Notes: generated from the sequence alone by a model not told the origin. A stretch of 64,000 nt of DNA from the human T2T-CHM13v2.0 reference genome, Homo sapiens (GCF_009914755.1 NC_060928.1); one strand, 5' to 3'; shown: positions 13,570 to 26,486, numbered from the stretch's first letter. Translations and numbers: made by a program.

Positions 13570-14024
13570 ATACCAGAATAGATATATATTCTGGGTAACA
13601 GCTTTTATGGGTCTGATATCAGATCAGATAACTAACATCTGATACCTTGTCTTTTAGGTCAGCATGGCCCAGTATGATTGGAGGCAATGACATATTATTA
13701 AGTAAAAAATTCTAGATAGAGTGTTTCCTTTTGACAGCTTTTAATCACCTGTTACTTTCTTTCAGTTTTTTATTCCTTGAGGTAACTTATTTTAGAGGCT
13801 AGTTTGAATATTTAATCTGTTCTTGTCTTTTACTGTGAATTTCCTTCTAAATTTTAATTCACAATATTATTCATATTAAATCTGTTCATAAGATAAAATG
13901 TGTTAGTAATTTCGTCTTTTTAAAATTGAATTTATTTTAATAATTTTCTTTAATCAAAAAATTAAAATTCCCTCCTAGGAACAAGGCACAAAAGGCTCAA
14001 GAGCTTCAATTTACTTCTCTTCTT

Positions 14025-14276
14025 CTTCTTTTTTTTTTGTCTTGTTTTTTTGTTTTGTTTATCTTATTTTACTTTAAGTTCCAGGATACATGTGCAGAAC
14101 CTGCAGGTTTGTTACATAGGTAAACGTGTGCCATGGTGGTTTAATCCCCACATGCATTAGCTATTTGTCCTGCTGCTCTCCCTCCCCTCCCCACCCCGAC
14201 AGGCCCTGGTGTGTGTTGTTGCCCTCCGTGTGTCCATGTGTTCTCGCTGTTCAGCTTCCACTTATGAGAGAGAACA
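14025..14276 (-). mobile_element. 5'-truncated L1PA (about PA8-PA10) 3' end
   Basis: taagttccaggatacatgtgcagaac...gtttgttacataggtaaacgtgtgccatgg. 13-bp TSD tacttctcttctt at 14012-14024 and 14277-14289. Confidence 0.9.
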
Positions 14277-14437
14277 TACTTCTCTTCTTTACCTATGGTA
14301 AATTCACTTTTGATGGGTGTGCTTGTCAATACTGAAAATGTTCTCCATTGCTTTTAAAAAAGAAATAGTCACATCAGCAAAATGGCTACCTTTCATTTTG
14401 GGTATTTCATTACTCTTTTTTGGATACCTGTTAGTTT

Positions 14438-14555
14438 AATTCATTTAAACAATCATGTATTGAAAGGCTACTTGGTTCCAGGTGTTTGCCAAGATTGGGA
14501 AATATAAACATGAGTGAAGTATGGTTCCTGACCTTGAGAAGTTCAGAGTCTAGAG
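14438..14555 (-). mobile_element. L2 3' end
   Basis: tcatttaaacaatcatgtattga...ggttcctgaccttgagaagttcagagtctag. Confidence 0.7.
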
Positions 14556-16229
14556 TCTGAACTTTCTAATTTGAATTGCTTTTAGAAAACAAAAATAGAA
14601 TATCAATCATTCTGGGAGATTTAAATGATGGATTTAAGATAAGAAATGGGTAATTTAAACATAATAGAAAGCAATGTAGAGATCTGTTTTGTTTTAAATC
14701 TCTATCCTTGTATTGAACTTGCATGTGAGTTTTCCATCTCTCTATATTACTAATGTTCCAGAAGAAGCCGACCTTGGCAACAAAAAGATCACTTTACCAC
14801 CAATATATTACAAAGACTGATTTGGATGCAACTTAGAACCTGTGAAAATCTAGTCCTCTTTTATTTACTCAAAGATCCTTTCCATTTTACGGTACTTTGC
14901 CTATAAGAATAGTGTTAAAATTAGATGTGATATCCAAATCTTCTGATTTGGGTAGTGGTGCATTTTCACCCAAAGCTAAATTGCAAAGAAAGTGGACAAT
15001 GATCAAGCATAGATATTGATCCCATATTTCTTAACCTTTATGAATCTATTATCTTCCAAAAATCCATTTAGGATTTAGATAGAAAGCAGGATTTCCTTTT
15101 GACTCTACAGTGTATAAAACACAGAACATCTGAGAAACAGAAACATCCAACCTTAATCATGTTCCACTTTAAGTGAAGGTAAAAGTAATAAAGTTGTGTT
15201 GGTACAAATCTTTAATAGAATTTTTATGTAAATAGGGGATTCTTATGTTACTTTAATGCAAAATAGAAAGAAAACAAATGAAATTTTATATGAAAATTAA
15301 AAACCTAAGAGTCAAAAGGTAGATGTATGTAGAATCCTCCACAGTCGGCCTATCAATGAATTCCTTTCTCATTTTTCTCTTGGTCTGCATTCAGCAGTGT
15401 CATCTTTTCTTTCTTTCTTTACTCTCCCCTTTCTTCTCCTTTGCTTCCTTCTCAGTTTCTTGCTCCCTTTCTGCCAGCTTTTTGAAAATGCCATACTGTA
15501 CCCCACCTTTCCCTGGTTGGACTCCTCTGACTTCTGAGAGTTCCTCTGGTAGGAAGTAGTCCAGTGATTGCCTGTTGACTTCACAAGGAAGAGTTCTTAA
15601 ATATGCTGTTTTCTTAGCAGCTTGGAGAAAAGCAAGTGAATGGCTTTCATCTTAGAGGGAAATCTGTAGGGACAATGTGGGTGCACTTCCTTGCATAGAG
15701 CTACCGTTTGCACTGCATGGGCTCTGAGGTTCTTTTACTTCCCTTTTCATACCTCTTTAAGAGAGGCCCCTAGAGAACCAACTCTCTGATTTTTGTGCTT
15801 GGGAAGCTCTTGGAAAACTGATGTTTTTCTCCCTGATGTAAAGTCAGTAGTCTTAGGACTGAAAGCTTAGATTCCAGCTTTGAGCTCTGATTTATTGTTC
15901 TCTGATGTATGTGGATCCAGCTAGGACTTTAATACTTACTTCAGTTCATTTCCTGCATTGATTTCTCAGGTAATCTCAAGATGCCCTATAAGGTCCTTGA
16001 AGGCTCTGAAACCCCTGACGTCCCAGGCCTATGCCAGGTTTGCCCTAAGGACCTTGGTCAATTTCCTTTACAACCACATCCCAGCCCCTACACTCCTGAT
16101 CTTGGTCGTCCTTGTATTACTTGGTAATGCTTTCTTTCTATTTTATTTGGACTTGGCCCTTCAGATGTCCCAGTGGGGTCTCAGCATGTTCTACCACTGG
16201 CTAATAAATGAGGTGCTCAGTGTAGTGGG

Positions 16230-16720
<491 letters not shown>

Positions 16721-17925
16721 TGCCCCTTTGTCTGAAAGCAGTGGGAGCTCAATCAAGTTGATTCCCTTTCTCTCCTCTGTATGTATGCATGAGTGTATGT
16801 GTACAAACATGCGAGTATAGATGTATGCGTGTGTGTATGCATACAAGCATGCATGTATGCATGTTATCCTGATGCCGCTTTTGTGTTCTTTTTCTGTTTT
16901 TCTCTCCTGCAAGACATGTACTCTGACAGTTTTCTGTATTTTCTGGTTGTTTCTGAGATTTAAGAAAACAAGCCATTTCTGCAGAAACCCGCAACAAAGG
17001 GTAGGTTGATTTACATCAGTATTTGGTCCTACCAACTCTTCCAGAATAGAACTATGTTCCCTTTTTATGCTCTACAACTCTGGAGATAAAGAAACACATG
17101 AAAAATAACCCTAGTTCTCAATTCCTTTAGTTATTTTTCCTGGTATCCATTCCCTTAATATTTCCAAATGGTAGGTACTTCTTGATGTATCTATTTAGAC
17201 ACCACTTATTAACTTACACTTAACTATAAGATGAGGAGTTAACTTTTTTCAACTACCCCACACTCCCCTTCACAGTCTATCACAGGTTGGGGTACAAACT
17301 ACTCAATGTTTTCAGTATTATGACTTTGTAGATGTTCACTGAAGTGAACTAGTAGAGTACTATGATAATTTATTCTTTCTTGAACAATATATTTTCCCCT
17401 GGGGTTAATATTTCCTGGAATGAAAAACATTTTCTGTTTAATTTGTTTAATTTTTAATATATCTACTAAAAGTCCTTCCCAGATACAGAGATTTGTTCAT
17501 CAGATCAAAGCCTCCTATTACCCCACAATTAAATGAATCAGTTAATATACTGCTGGCACACCTCCATTTGTTTTCAGTCTTCCAAAAATGTGTTGATAAT
17601 TCCCACCCACTGTTTCTTCTTTCTCACTCGTTCATTCCTATGCCATTAAAAAAATTCCTTTATTCATTAACATGTATGTTTCTGAGCAGGACTGTGGGGA
17701 GGACTGTGGCTGGAGTGGGCATGTTCAGCTGGCTTCCGGGGTTTGCTCTTCGTGTGGACAACAGTGCTGGTGGCTGAGCTCCACATCGGAGGCCTGGCAC
17801 AGGTCAATCTGTCTCAATGATAATGCTGTGGGACAAGGCTTTTGCAGTGAACTGAAGTTCTATCCCATTAACTCCCATCTACTTTTTCTCTTGTTATTTA
17901 GCATTATGGAGACTATTTACTTTTT

Positions 17926-18408
17926 GTACTCATTTCCTGTTGCTGCTGCAATAAAAATGACCACAAATTTAGTCTTTTGAAACAACCGCAATTTTTTATC
18001 TTATTGTTCTGGAGGTCAGAAGTTTAAAAAGGGTGGGCAGAGCTATGTTTCTTCTGAGTGCTCTAGGACAAATCCGTTTCTTTGGTCTTTCCAGCTTTTG
18101 AGGCCACTTATATTCCTCGGCTCATGGCCCCACATCACTCTAACTTCTACTTTTATTGTGACAACTCCTTTCCTGACTCTGATCTTCTGTCTTCCTCTTT
18201 CATCTTTTAAGGACCCTTGTGATTACATTGGGTCCACATGGATATCCATTGTCCCATTTGGATAATATGGATAATCCATTGTCCCATTTGAATATACTTA
18301 ACTTAGTCACACCTGTAAAGTTCCTTCTGCCATGCAAGATAACTTATTCACAGGTTTCCAGGATTGGGATGTGGACATCTTTGGGGGCCATTAATTCTGC
18401 TTGCCACA
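17926..18408 (-). mobile_element. MLT1D-like MaLR solo LTR
   Basis: ttctggaggtcagaagt, aaggacccttgtgattacattggg, tggacatctttgggggccatt...ccaca. Confidence 0.85.
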
Positions 18409-18451
18409 ATCTTCTGTACTTTACAAACATTTGAACAAACGTTATGTCTTC

Positions 18452-18838
18452 TGATATGGTTTGGCTCTGTGTCAAATCTCATCTCTAATTGTAATTGTCA
18501 TGTGTCGAGGGAGGGACCTGTAATCCCCATGTGTCAGGGGAGGGAAGTGATGGGATCATGGGGGCGATTTACCCTATGCTCTTCTTGTGATGGTGAGTGA
18601 GTTCTCTCACGAGATGTGACGGTTTTATAAGCACTGGCATTTCGCTGCTTGCACTCACTCTCTCCTGTAGCATTGTGAAGAAGATGCCTGCTTCCCCTTT
18701 TGCCTTCCATCATGATTTTAAGTTCCTTGGGGCCTCCCCTGCAACGCAGAACTGTGAGTCAATTAAACCTTTTTTTTTCTTTATGAATTACCCAGTCTCA
18801 GGTATTTCTTTATAGCAGTGTGAAAACTGACTAATAAA
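18452..18838 (+). mobile_element. MSTA/THE1-type MaLR solo LTR
   Basis: tgatatggtttggctctgtgtc start; gaactgtgagtcaattaaacct...cccagtctcaggtatttctttatagcagtgtgaaaac end. Confidence 0.9.
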
Positions 18839-18959
18839 TCTCCTCTAAAACTTCTTTTTAGGTTATCATAAGAATTGTTTTCACTTGCTTGGTAATTGAT
18901 GTGGCTTCCAGATTCATCACCATCCTTATTGCCTCCATCTGCTTTTACTCCACTTTACC

Positions 18960-19290
18960 AATGTCTTTTTTAAGTATCCCAAACTGAACATAGATATGAT
19001 CAGACTCAGGAAGATTCAATGAAGACAACATTTCCCTGGTTCTGGACACCTGGCTTATAAAACAGCTCAAGAATTCATTATTTTCCTGGGAACATTTTTG
19101 ACTAATATCGATCTTTTCACCAACTATAATCCCTCAGTTTTTTTTCATGTAAAGTACTGGTGAGGTTTTTCCCATCCTGTATTTCTGTAGGATTGTTAAG
19201 TTTTAAAAATATTAATGCGCTATATTCAAGTCCTATTAGGGGTCAGAAACTGGACATTGTTACACTTAGGTAAGCCCAGTGTCAGCTGCC
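18960..19290 (-). mobile_element. Probable CR1/L3 remnant
   Basis: cccaaactgaacata, cctggttctggacacc and cagaaactggaca resemble the antisense CR1 LEYC..FW region. Confidence 0.4.
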
Positions 19291-19925
19291 TACATGTCCT
19301 CAGTTCTTCAGCTCTCTGGGGTCACATTTTAAATTTAAACAAATTACCATGGGTCCTATCTCAAGAGTGGAGGAACTCACATCTTCCCTCTTAATATGTT
19401 CAAGGCTTCTTGGGGAAGTTGGCACTATGACTGGTCATCTCTGGCTAATCATCTATTTCTACTGAGCTCTCAACTCCCAATCTGCATCCTATGTTCCACG
19501 CCACTGTCACTTTTTTGCATTTTGTTGTCCTAGGCTGGATACCTCAATTTCTATCTCCACCAAAGTTCTACCAACCCAGGTTTATATATGTAGACTTTTA
19601 CTGAAGGTCTGAAGTTATGAAAAGAGATAGCATGCAGCTTAGATAGTAACAAAACAAAACAAAAATGAATATTAGACCTCAGAAGTATCTTTATCATTCT
19701 TGCCTCTGTGAACTCCTCCCAGGGCCCATTCCTGGCACAGAGCCCAGGTTGACATCAGGCTGGTGGATTCCTCCCCTTCTGCTCTCTCAGGCTTTCAGGG
19801 CCAACCTTCCCTTCTTTATTTTCTGCTGCAGAGCCAGGTGTCCTCATTGGAGACTTCACCTTTTTGGGGGTAAAGAAACTATGAAGGTATTTGGCTGAAC
19901 AGAAATAGCTTTTCTACCTATAAAG

Positions 19926-20120
19926 CAGGGGCGTACAATCTTTTGTCTTCCCTGGGCAGCATTGGAAGAAGAAAAATTGTCTTGGGCCACACATAAAGTA
20001 CACTAATGCTGACAGTAGCTGATAAGCTAAAAAAAAAAAAATCACACAAAAAAAATCTCATAATGTTTTAAGAAAGTTTACAAATTTGTGTTGGGCTGTG
20101 TGTCAGAAAAGACTTGAGTC
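19926..20120. mobile_element. MER30 hAT-Charlie MITE
   Basis: caggggcgtacaatcttttg..ttccctggg...ggaagaagaa..attgtcttgggccacacataaa...aagaaagtttacaaatttgtgttgggc. Confidence 0.9.
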
Positions 20121-20558
20121 TTGCTATAAAGAGTTCCATCCCAGGATTTTAACATAAGAAAAAGGTTCAACCTTTTTTCCATTTATCTCTGTGAAAAATT
20201 CATGTCCTTATGCTAGTTTATTATAATTTTTGAAAGGCGATTCCACTGCACAGTGTTTTTGTTCTCACTCTTAGCATTCTCATCTTTTTAAAGCCACAAA
20301 TTTCATAGATATTTTTCTACATTTTCCTGTAATTATTTAAAATTAAGCGGTTAATTTTAAATAATTAACTAATTTTAAATAAAATAATTAATCTTAAAAT
20401 AGGATAGAGAATAAAGAGCAATTCTATAAACTTTACTTGGTGTTGGTACTAGTACCTCAATAAAAATTTTGGCAAAAATGCCACTACTTTTGTGGCACAA
20501 GGATAGAATGAGAACTTATGCATGTCAAATGCCATGCTGGATTGAAGATATGCTTTGC

Positions 20559-20602
20559 TGAAGAGATTTTCTCTTAGGATTTGAAGAGATTTTCTCTTAG
20601 GA
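20559..20602. repeat. 21-bp tandem duplication (period 23)
   Basis: tgaagagattttctcttagga at 20559-20579 and 20582-20602. Confidence 0.9.
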
Positions 20603-20789
20603 CAATTTTATGTTCTTGGTGTTCTCTTTTTCCTTCTAAGATATGTTTTTAACAATAAATTATACATTTTTAAAGATTTTTTTCCCTTTAAAAACAAGGC
20701 AATTTAGGCTATTATATTTGTCAGGGATCAGAGATGTTGACTCCCCTGCAATGTAAACTTTCATGAATTAGTTTAAGAATTAAGACTAA

Positions 20790-21087
20790 GGCCTGGTGCA
20801 GTAGCTCGCACCTGTAGTCCCAGTATTTTGGAGGCCAATGCTGGCAGATTGCTTGAGTCCAGGAATTCGAGACCATCCTTGGCCACATGGTGCAACCCCG
20901 TCTCTACAAAAAAATACAAAAAAATTAGCTGGTGTGGTGGTGCACCCTGTAGTCTCAGCTATGCAGGAGGCTGAAGTGGGAGGATCACCTGAGTCCAGGA
21001 AGTTGAGGGCGCAAGTGAGCTGTGATGGCGCCACTGCACTCTAGCCCGGGTGGCAGAATGAGACCCTGTCTCAAAAAAAAAAAAAAA
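20790..21087 (+). mobile_element. AluJ
   Basis: Dimeric Alu with J-type gattgcttgagtccagga and gagaccctgtctc, ending in poly(A). Confidence 0.95.
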
Positions 21088-21757
21088 GAAACTCAAGGCT
21101 ACTATTTATTGCAAAAAAGAAAAGTGAAGTGCAGTTCATTTTTTGTATCTGTAGCTATAATTTTTATATAACATCAAAGTTTAACTTTCTAATATGACCT
21201 GAGTAGCTATTTTATGTGTTCTGTTATTACTTGAATTGCTCACAGGTCTCAGTAAGTTAATACATAAAATATTAAATGCAGATTCAAAATTTGGTCTGCT
21301 CTTGACTATGCAGTGGAAATTTATAACATTTTCTTTCATACACCCTAGAATTGAAATGGACATAGCATCTTTAACTCTATGAGAGCTTATAAACTCCTTC
21401 GTTACACAGAACTATTAATATATATTTTATATTTATTATATTTTATGAAAATAACATATACATATATTTAAAAACTTCATATTTTACAAAAAGCAATTAT
21501 TATAAATTATCAGTCTCAAAATAAAGATTACAATGTGTTACTCTGAATTTCCAGCTACATGAATAATCTAGGGTACCTGCAAGGTTTTGCTTCCCACAAT
21601 GTGCATCCTACAGTTCTTGGACCCACAGAAGTCAGCCTGTATAAGAACTGTGGGATCAAAATCTGACCAAATACCATGAAGCTAAAGATATCGCCCACAA
21701 AAGTGGTTTTTCTCTCTTTCACTAAGAAGAGGAAAGGCTGTTTGTGTTTAAGTGCAT

Positions 21758-22470
21758 CGTGGGGGTTAAACTGTGTCCTCCTAAAACCCCCAGTACTCCA
21801 GAATGTGACCTTATTTGGAAGTAAGTGAGGTCAGTAAGGTGGTGTATTGGTCAACTGGTATATTCCAATACGACTGGTGTCCTTATAAAAAAGAAGAATT
21901 TATTTTTATTTATTTTTTTTCAAGACAAGGTCTCAGTCTGTCACCCAGGCTGGAATGCAGTGATGCCATCACAACTTGACTCACTGCACCCTTGACCTCC
22001 TGGGCTGAAGCGATCCTCTTACCTCAGCCTCTGAATAGCTGGAACTAAAGGTGCACGTCACCACACCCAGCTTATTAATTATTATTATTTTTTTTTGGTA
22101 GAGGCAGGGTCTCACTATTTTGCCCAGGCTGGTCTCAAACTCCTGGACTCAAGTGGTTCTCCTGCCTTGGCCTCCCAAAGTGCTTGTATTACAGGCATGA
22201 GCCACTACGCCTGGCAAAAGGGAAAATTTACACACAGAGACAGACACACACACAGGGAGAATGCCATGTGAACAAGAAGGTAGAGATCAGTGTCATGTGT
22301 CTATAATCTAAGGAATGCCAAAGATTGCCAGCAACTCCCTAGAAGATAGAGGACAGGTCTGGGGCAGATCCTTATAGCCCTCAGAAGGAATCAGTCCTCC
22401 CAACACTTTGATCTTGGACTGCTAGGTTCTAGAACTGTGAGATAACACATTTCTAAAGCCACCCACTTTG
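21758..22470 (+). mobile_element. MLT1B/C MaLR LTR interrupted by AluJ
   Basis: gaatgtgaccttatttggaa...gactggtgtccttataaaa [Alu] ggagaatgccatgtga...aaggaatgccaaagattgccagca...ctagaactgtgaga. Confidence 0.85.
21899..22215 (-). mobile_element. AluJ
   Basis: agacaaggtctc...ctcctgggctgaagcgatcctc...ggtctcaaactcctggactcaag. Confidence 0.95.
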
Positions 22471-22879
22471 CTAAAATGAAGACTTTATTAATAATTTCTT
22501 AACTCCCTGATCTATTTCTAAACTAAAATATGGTGGGAAAACACTTTATTTAGGGGGAAATTTTCTTACTACAGGAAGACCGTTGGTCAATATTAATTAA
22601 CATATTTTTGTCAAATAAACCATTCCTTTTAAATGCCAAATATCCATCTGGAAAAGATACTTCTGTGTCAGGAAGTCAAATTGACGTTTACCAATGAGTC
22701 TTGTGGTTCTTCTTGGAAGAACTGTCTTCTTGTGAATGAACTGAATGTTTATGAATGTGGACCAGATCCAGAAATCAGAAACGAATGCCCTGGGAAGACT
22801 GGGGCAGCACCGACTCCCACAATCCGTTCCACCAATTCACCCTACGACACAAACTAAACAGCAAGCAAACAAAATCCTC

Positions 22880-23990
22880 TTTGGACTCCACATGTTCCCC
22901 CCTCTGTTCTGTTGCATAAATAGATTTTTTTATACAAACTATCTATACACACTCTGCCCGCTTCCTCTTCTTCCTTTCATTCTTCAACGTTTTCCAATCT
23001 GGCTTTATCCCTGGCATTCAATTGAAACTGCCCTTGCCAAGGGTCTAAGACTCCATGCCAGCAACATTTCCCCCTCATCTTACTCCTCCCATTGGTAGCA
23101 TTTGGCACTGTTAACCATTTGCTCCTTGCTGGAATGCCTCTCTGGCTTCTGTGATACCATACTCCCCGGGTCTTCACCATATCTTACTGAACATTCCTCT
23201 GTCTTTGCTGGCTCTTCCTGCTCTATCTGTTCTTTATTTGTTGTTCCTTTGAGCTTTGCCGTAGGTCCTCCTTTCTTTTCTGTTTCTACTGTCTCCCTGG
23301 GCTGTCTCATTCAATCTCATGGATTTAAATATTATATATAGGCTGATGAATTTTCTGAGTTCCAGACTTTTATATCCAACTACCTATCTACTCGACGTCT
23401 GTATTTGTAAATGTCATTGTATCTTGTAAACAACATCTTCCAAACTGAATTCTTTATTCCCATGCAACCAAGCCTTTGTTTCTTCCAACACTTTATCATC
23501 TCAGTAAAATCCACCAGAAGTCTACAAGTCAGCCCTTATTCCTCTCTTCCCCTAATTTACCATCCATTTCTCTCCATCTGCATTCCTGCTACTATAGCCC
23601 AGGCTACCATCATTTAATATGGAACTAATTTAAACAGCCTCTATCTAATCACTCTTCTGCCCCTCTTGCCTTCCCCTCCCTCATTAATTCTCCACATAGT
23701 ATCCAGAAATATCTGTATATATGAAAATAGGATCATTTAATTCTCCTGCTTAAAACTCTTCTATGAATTCCTATTGCACTTAGATTAAAATCCAGACCTA
23801 TTCTAGTGACCTTCAAGGCCCTCTGTAACCATGTCCCTGCCTCCCTCTCTACTTGTAGAACAGCATCCTGGGACCCCCATTCCTTACTCACTGCTTTCCA
23901 TCATACAATTGGCTTGAATTTCTTGAATAGACCAAGGCTTTTTCTGTGTCAGGACATTTTCACATCTTCCTTCTGTCAAAAATGTTAACC
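22880..23990 (+). mobile_element. L2 remnant
   Basis: ccaatctggcttt..ccc...attgaaactgcccttgccaagg, gcatttggcactgtt, ggctgatga, cctgcttaaaactctt. Confidence 0.8.
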
Positions 23991-24879
23991 TAATAACATG
24001 GTATAAGGAAAGACATAGTTAAATCATATTGTGGACTGGGCCACTTGGGAAGCTCTTTTTGTGGCAGGGAAGTTGGGATGCTCTCCTGGTCCAGTCATTT
24101 GGGGTTCAGTGAAGTGGAGTCGGCCAGGTGGAGGATTTCTAATCTATACATGTGTATGGACTGAAACTATAGCTGGTGGGTGGACCTGCAGCATTAAAGA
24201 GTCCTCATAAGGGTGATTTCATGCAGATAATTATTCCTTGGAAAGAGGATATGGTCAAAATTCTTTCCACTTAAACCATTGATTCCTTTGAGTTTTATAC
24301 CCATTCTGAGGAGAATTGATTTAGTAACATATAGGTGAAAAAGACATGCTAGAAGCTGCTTTGCATGCAAAATAATAAGTGAAAATGAATTGTATTAATT
24401 GATGTCCCTGAGATTACCCTTTGCTTTTTTAAAAAAATAATGCAACTTTTAAATATATATTTTCCAATATCATAGCTTTTATTTCAGACCTTTTCTTTTG
24501 TGATCATATTCTCATGTCCTAAACTTTAGTCATTTGCATTTCATCTTTAGGATTTTTGAAATATTTCTGTCTCATTTGTTTTAGTGTGTATGTGTGAGAG
24601 TGTGTGTGTATTTCTAACTTAATATTAACATCTGGAAAAGCATGAGTTTGATGTTTTAAGTTACACCTTTCTATTTATAACAAAATGCATAAATAATACC
24701 ATAAATTATTTATCTAGGTACCATGTAAAATTGTGATTCATCAGTATGTAAGTACCACTTTTTGAAAAAGCTATTATATACCATCCTTAAACTTAGCCCT
24801 ACTTAGCTGACATAATTTGACAACACATTTACCTCATTTAATTTTGTCTTATTTAAGCTAAGATTAAAAGGAATTAGTA

Positions 24880-26230
24880 TTTTCTGAGCATGCACCAGTT
24901 GAAGACATCAAAGATACTATGGAAAGCATGAAGCCAGGCTGCAATTAAAATTTTGCCTTATGTAACAGAAAAGATGTAAAATATACCAGTGAATAATAAA
25001 GGAATGTAGTTTACCAAGTTATATCTATCTCTCTATATTTATGTTTGGAGTTTTGCCCTTATTGATGACCCTGTATGGAAAAGACTGGTCAATCCTACTT
25101 AGCATTAATCCTTTGCACGGGGAGACTACTCTTGGAGACTGAGTGTATTTTCAGTCTTTACAAATGATGAACTATTGAATAGATCACACACACATGCAGA
25201 TGAACCCAATTTCATGTCTAACAGCATATATTCATTTTATTTCATATATTAATCTATATATAAAATATGAAAGTTGCTTTTCAATAGAATGATGGATGGC
25301 TGATGATCTATTTATTATTCCTTAGTCTTCCTTTTGATGAACTACACCTATTCACTACTCAGACAACATAGTTCGGTTGGGACCTCTGGTAATAGAACAG
25401 ATCAAAGTTAATTGGACTACATGGGAATTGAATTGAAGATCGACTTTGACCTCATTAGCACAATGATATAGTCAGCTAAGGTTGTAAGATCCAACACTCA
25501 TGGAAACACTCAAAGGAAAAACTCATTTCAAAGGGAAGTTGGATGTATGGTTAATATACCATGCAGCTTTGTAGATGAAAGATTAAAAAAGAATTATAGA
25601 ACTATCAGAGAGCAGATCAGAAAGCAGGATTTTTATCTTTGCATATATTTGACTCAGTTTCCCAACTAATACTAAGTGTTGGGAAAATACTTAGGAAGCA
25701 GGGCTAATTCATCATGGTATTAGAAGATACGGTCAGACAGAATGACACTGCAAACTGTCGTAATCACTCTACAAGCATCATTGAAACTATGCTAATTGCA
25801 TCTGTACCAGTCACATAATGAGAATGGCCAATGCTATGCAGTGGATTAAGGGCCAATTGTAAGTGGAGAAGGTAAGAAAACCCTGCAGAGGCATATTTAA
25901 GTTATGCACATTACCATAATATTATCACAGAATGGAAATAAATAGCAAGCCAACCTTTTCTGAATGCAGTAACCAGATACTCTGGCTATTGTTGTTTGAC
26001 ATGGATATTTAACTTCAGCAAAAAGACTATGTTAAATGGTAAAGTTAGGAGGAATAGGATTTCCAAAGCAACATGCTATAGGGGGTAATGGAGGCTGCCT
26101 TTATTTAGGAACAAGATACAAGTGTATAGAAGTCTGTGGAGTGTATTTGGCCACATTTGCAGACACAGGAAATAGCATGAGTGCAGAGTCATCAAATGGC
26201 AATTCTCTATATAGTTCTGACCACATCTGA
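24880..26230 (+). mobile_element. Highly decayed Ty3/Gypsy LTR-retrotransposon pol relic (MamGyp-int-like): RT, RNase H and pre-integrase region
   Basis: Manual three-frame translation gives motifs in order: APVEDI (~24890); FTKLYLS (25010, cf FSKLDL); LSINPLHG/RLLL/VYFQSL (~25100-25160, cf TINT..G..RLPFG...FQ); MADDLFII (25296, cf YLDDILI); EAGLIHHGIRRY (25695, cf EALAI.FGV.KF); RMTLQT; MANAMQW; ENPAEAYLS (25876, cf NPADYLSR); SQPFLNAVTRY; GCLYLGTR (26093, cf GCLLWG.R). Confidence 0.7.
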
Positions 26231-26486
26231 AAACTTGTCTTTCCTCTTTAAAGACAGGAAACTTCAGTTTTTCTTCCCTTCCTTCTCTCTTATTCCCTGT
26301 TTCCTTCCTTCAAGACATGTTATTCATCCCTATTTTTTTCAAAATAATTTTATTGTTGAATTCTTTCTCCAATATATCTTGACCTTGACTTCCCTTGTTT
26401 GGTAGCTATGAGTTTGTATTAATGATATGCTACTGGTAACAATGGTTCACATTCACAGTCTAGGCTGGACCTTTGAGTAAGTTGTC

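Noticed and set aside
25058-25115. LIDDPVWKRLVNP resembling the orthomyxo/phlebovirus polymerase motif MDEDY.GRLCNP
   Set aside because: A single short match with no supporting flanking motifs; it lies inside the Gypsy RT region.
25830-26070. Resemblance to bornavirus nucleoprotein (AMQWIKGQL*V vs AIDWINGQPWV; KLGGIGFP vs KLAPRSFP), i.e. an EBLN
   Set aside because: Motif spacing does not fit bornavirus N, and a longer collinear set of Gypsy RT/RNase H motifs explains the same bases. A TBLASTN with bornavirus N would settle it.
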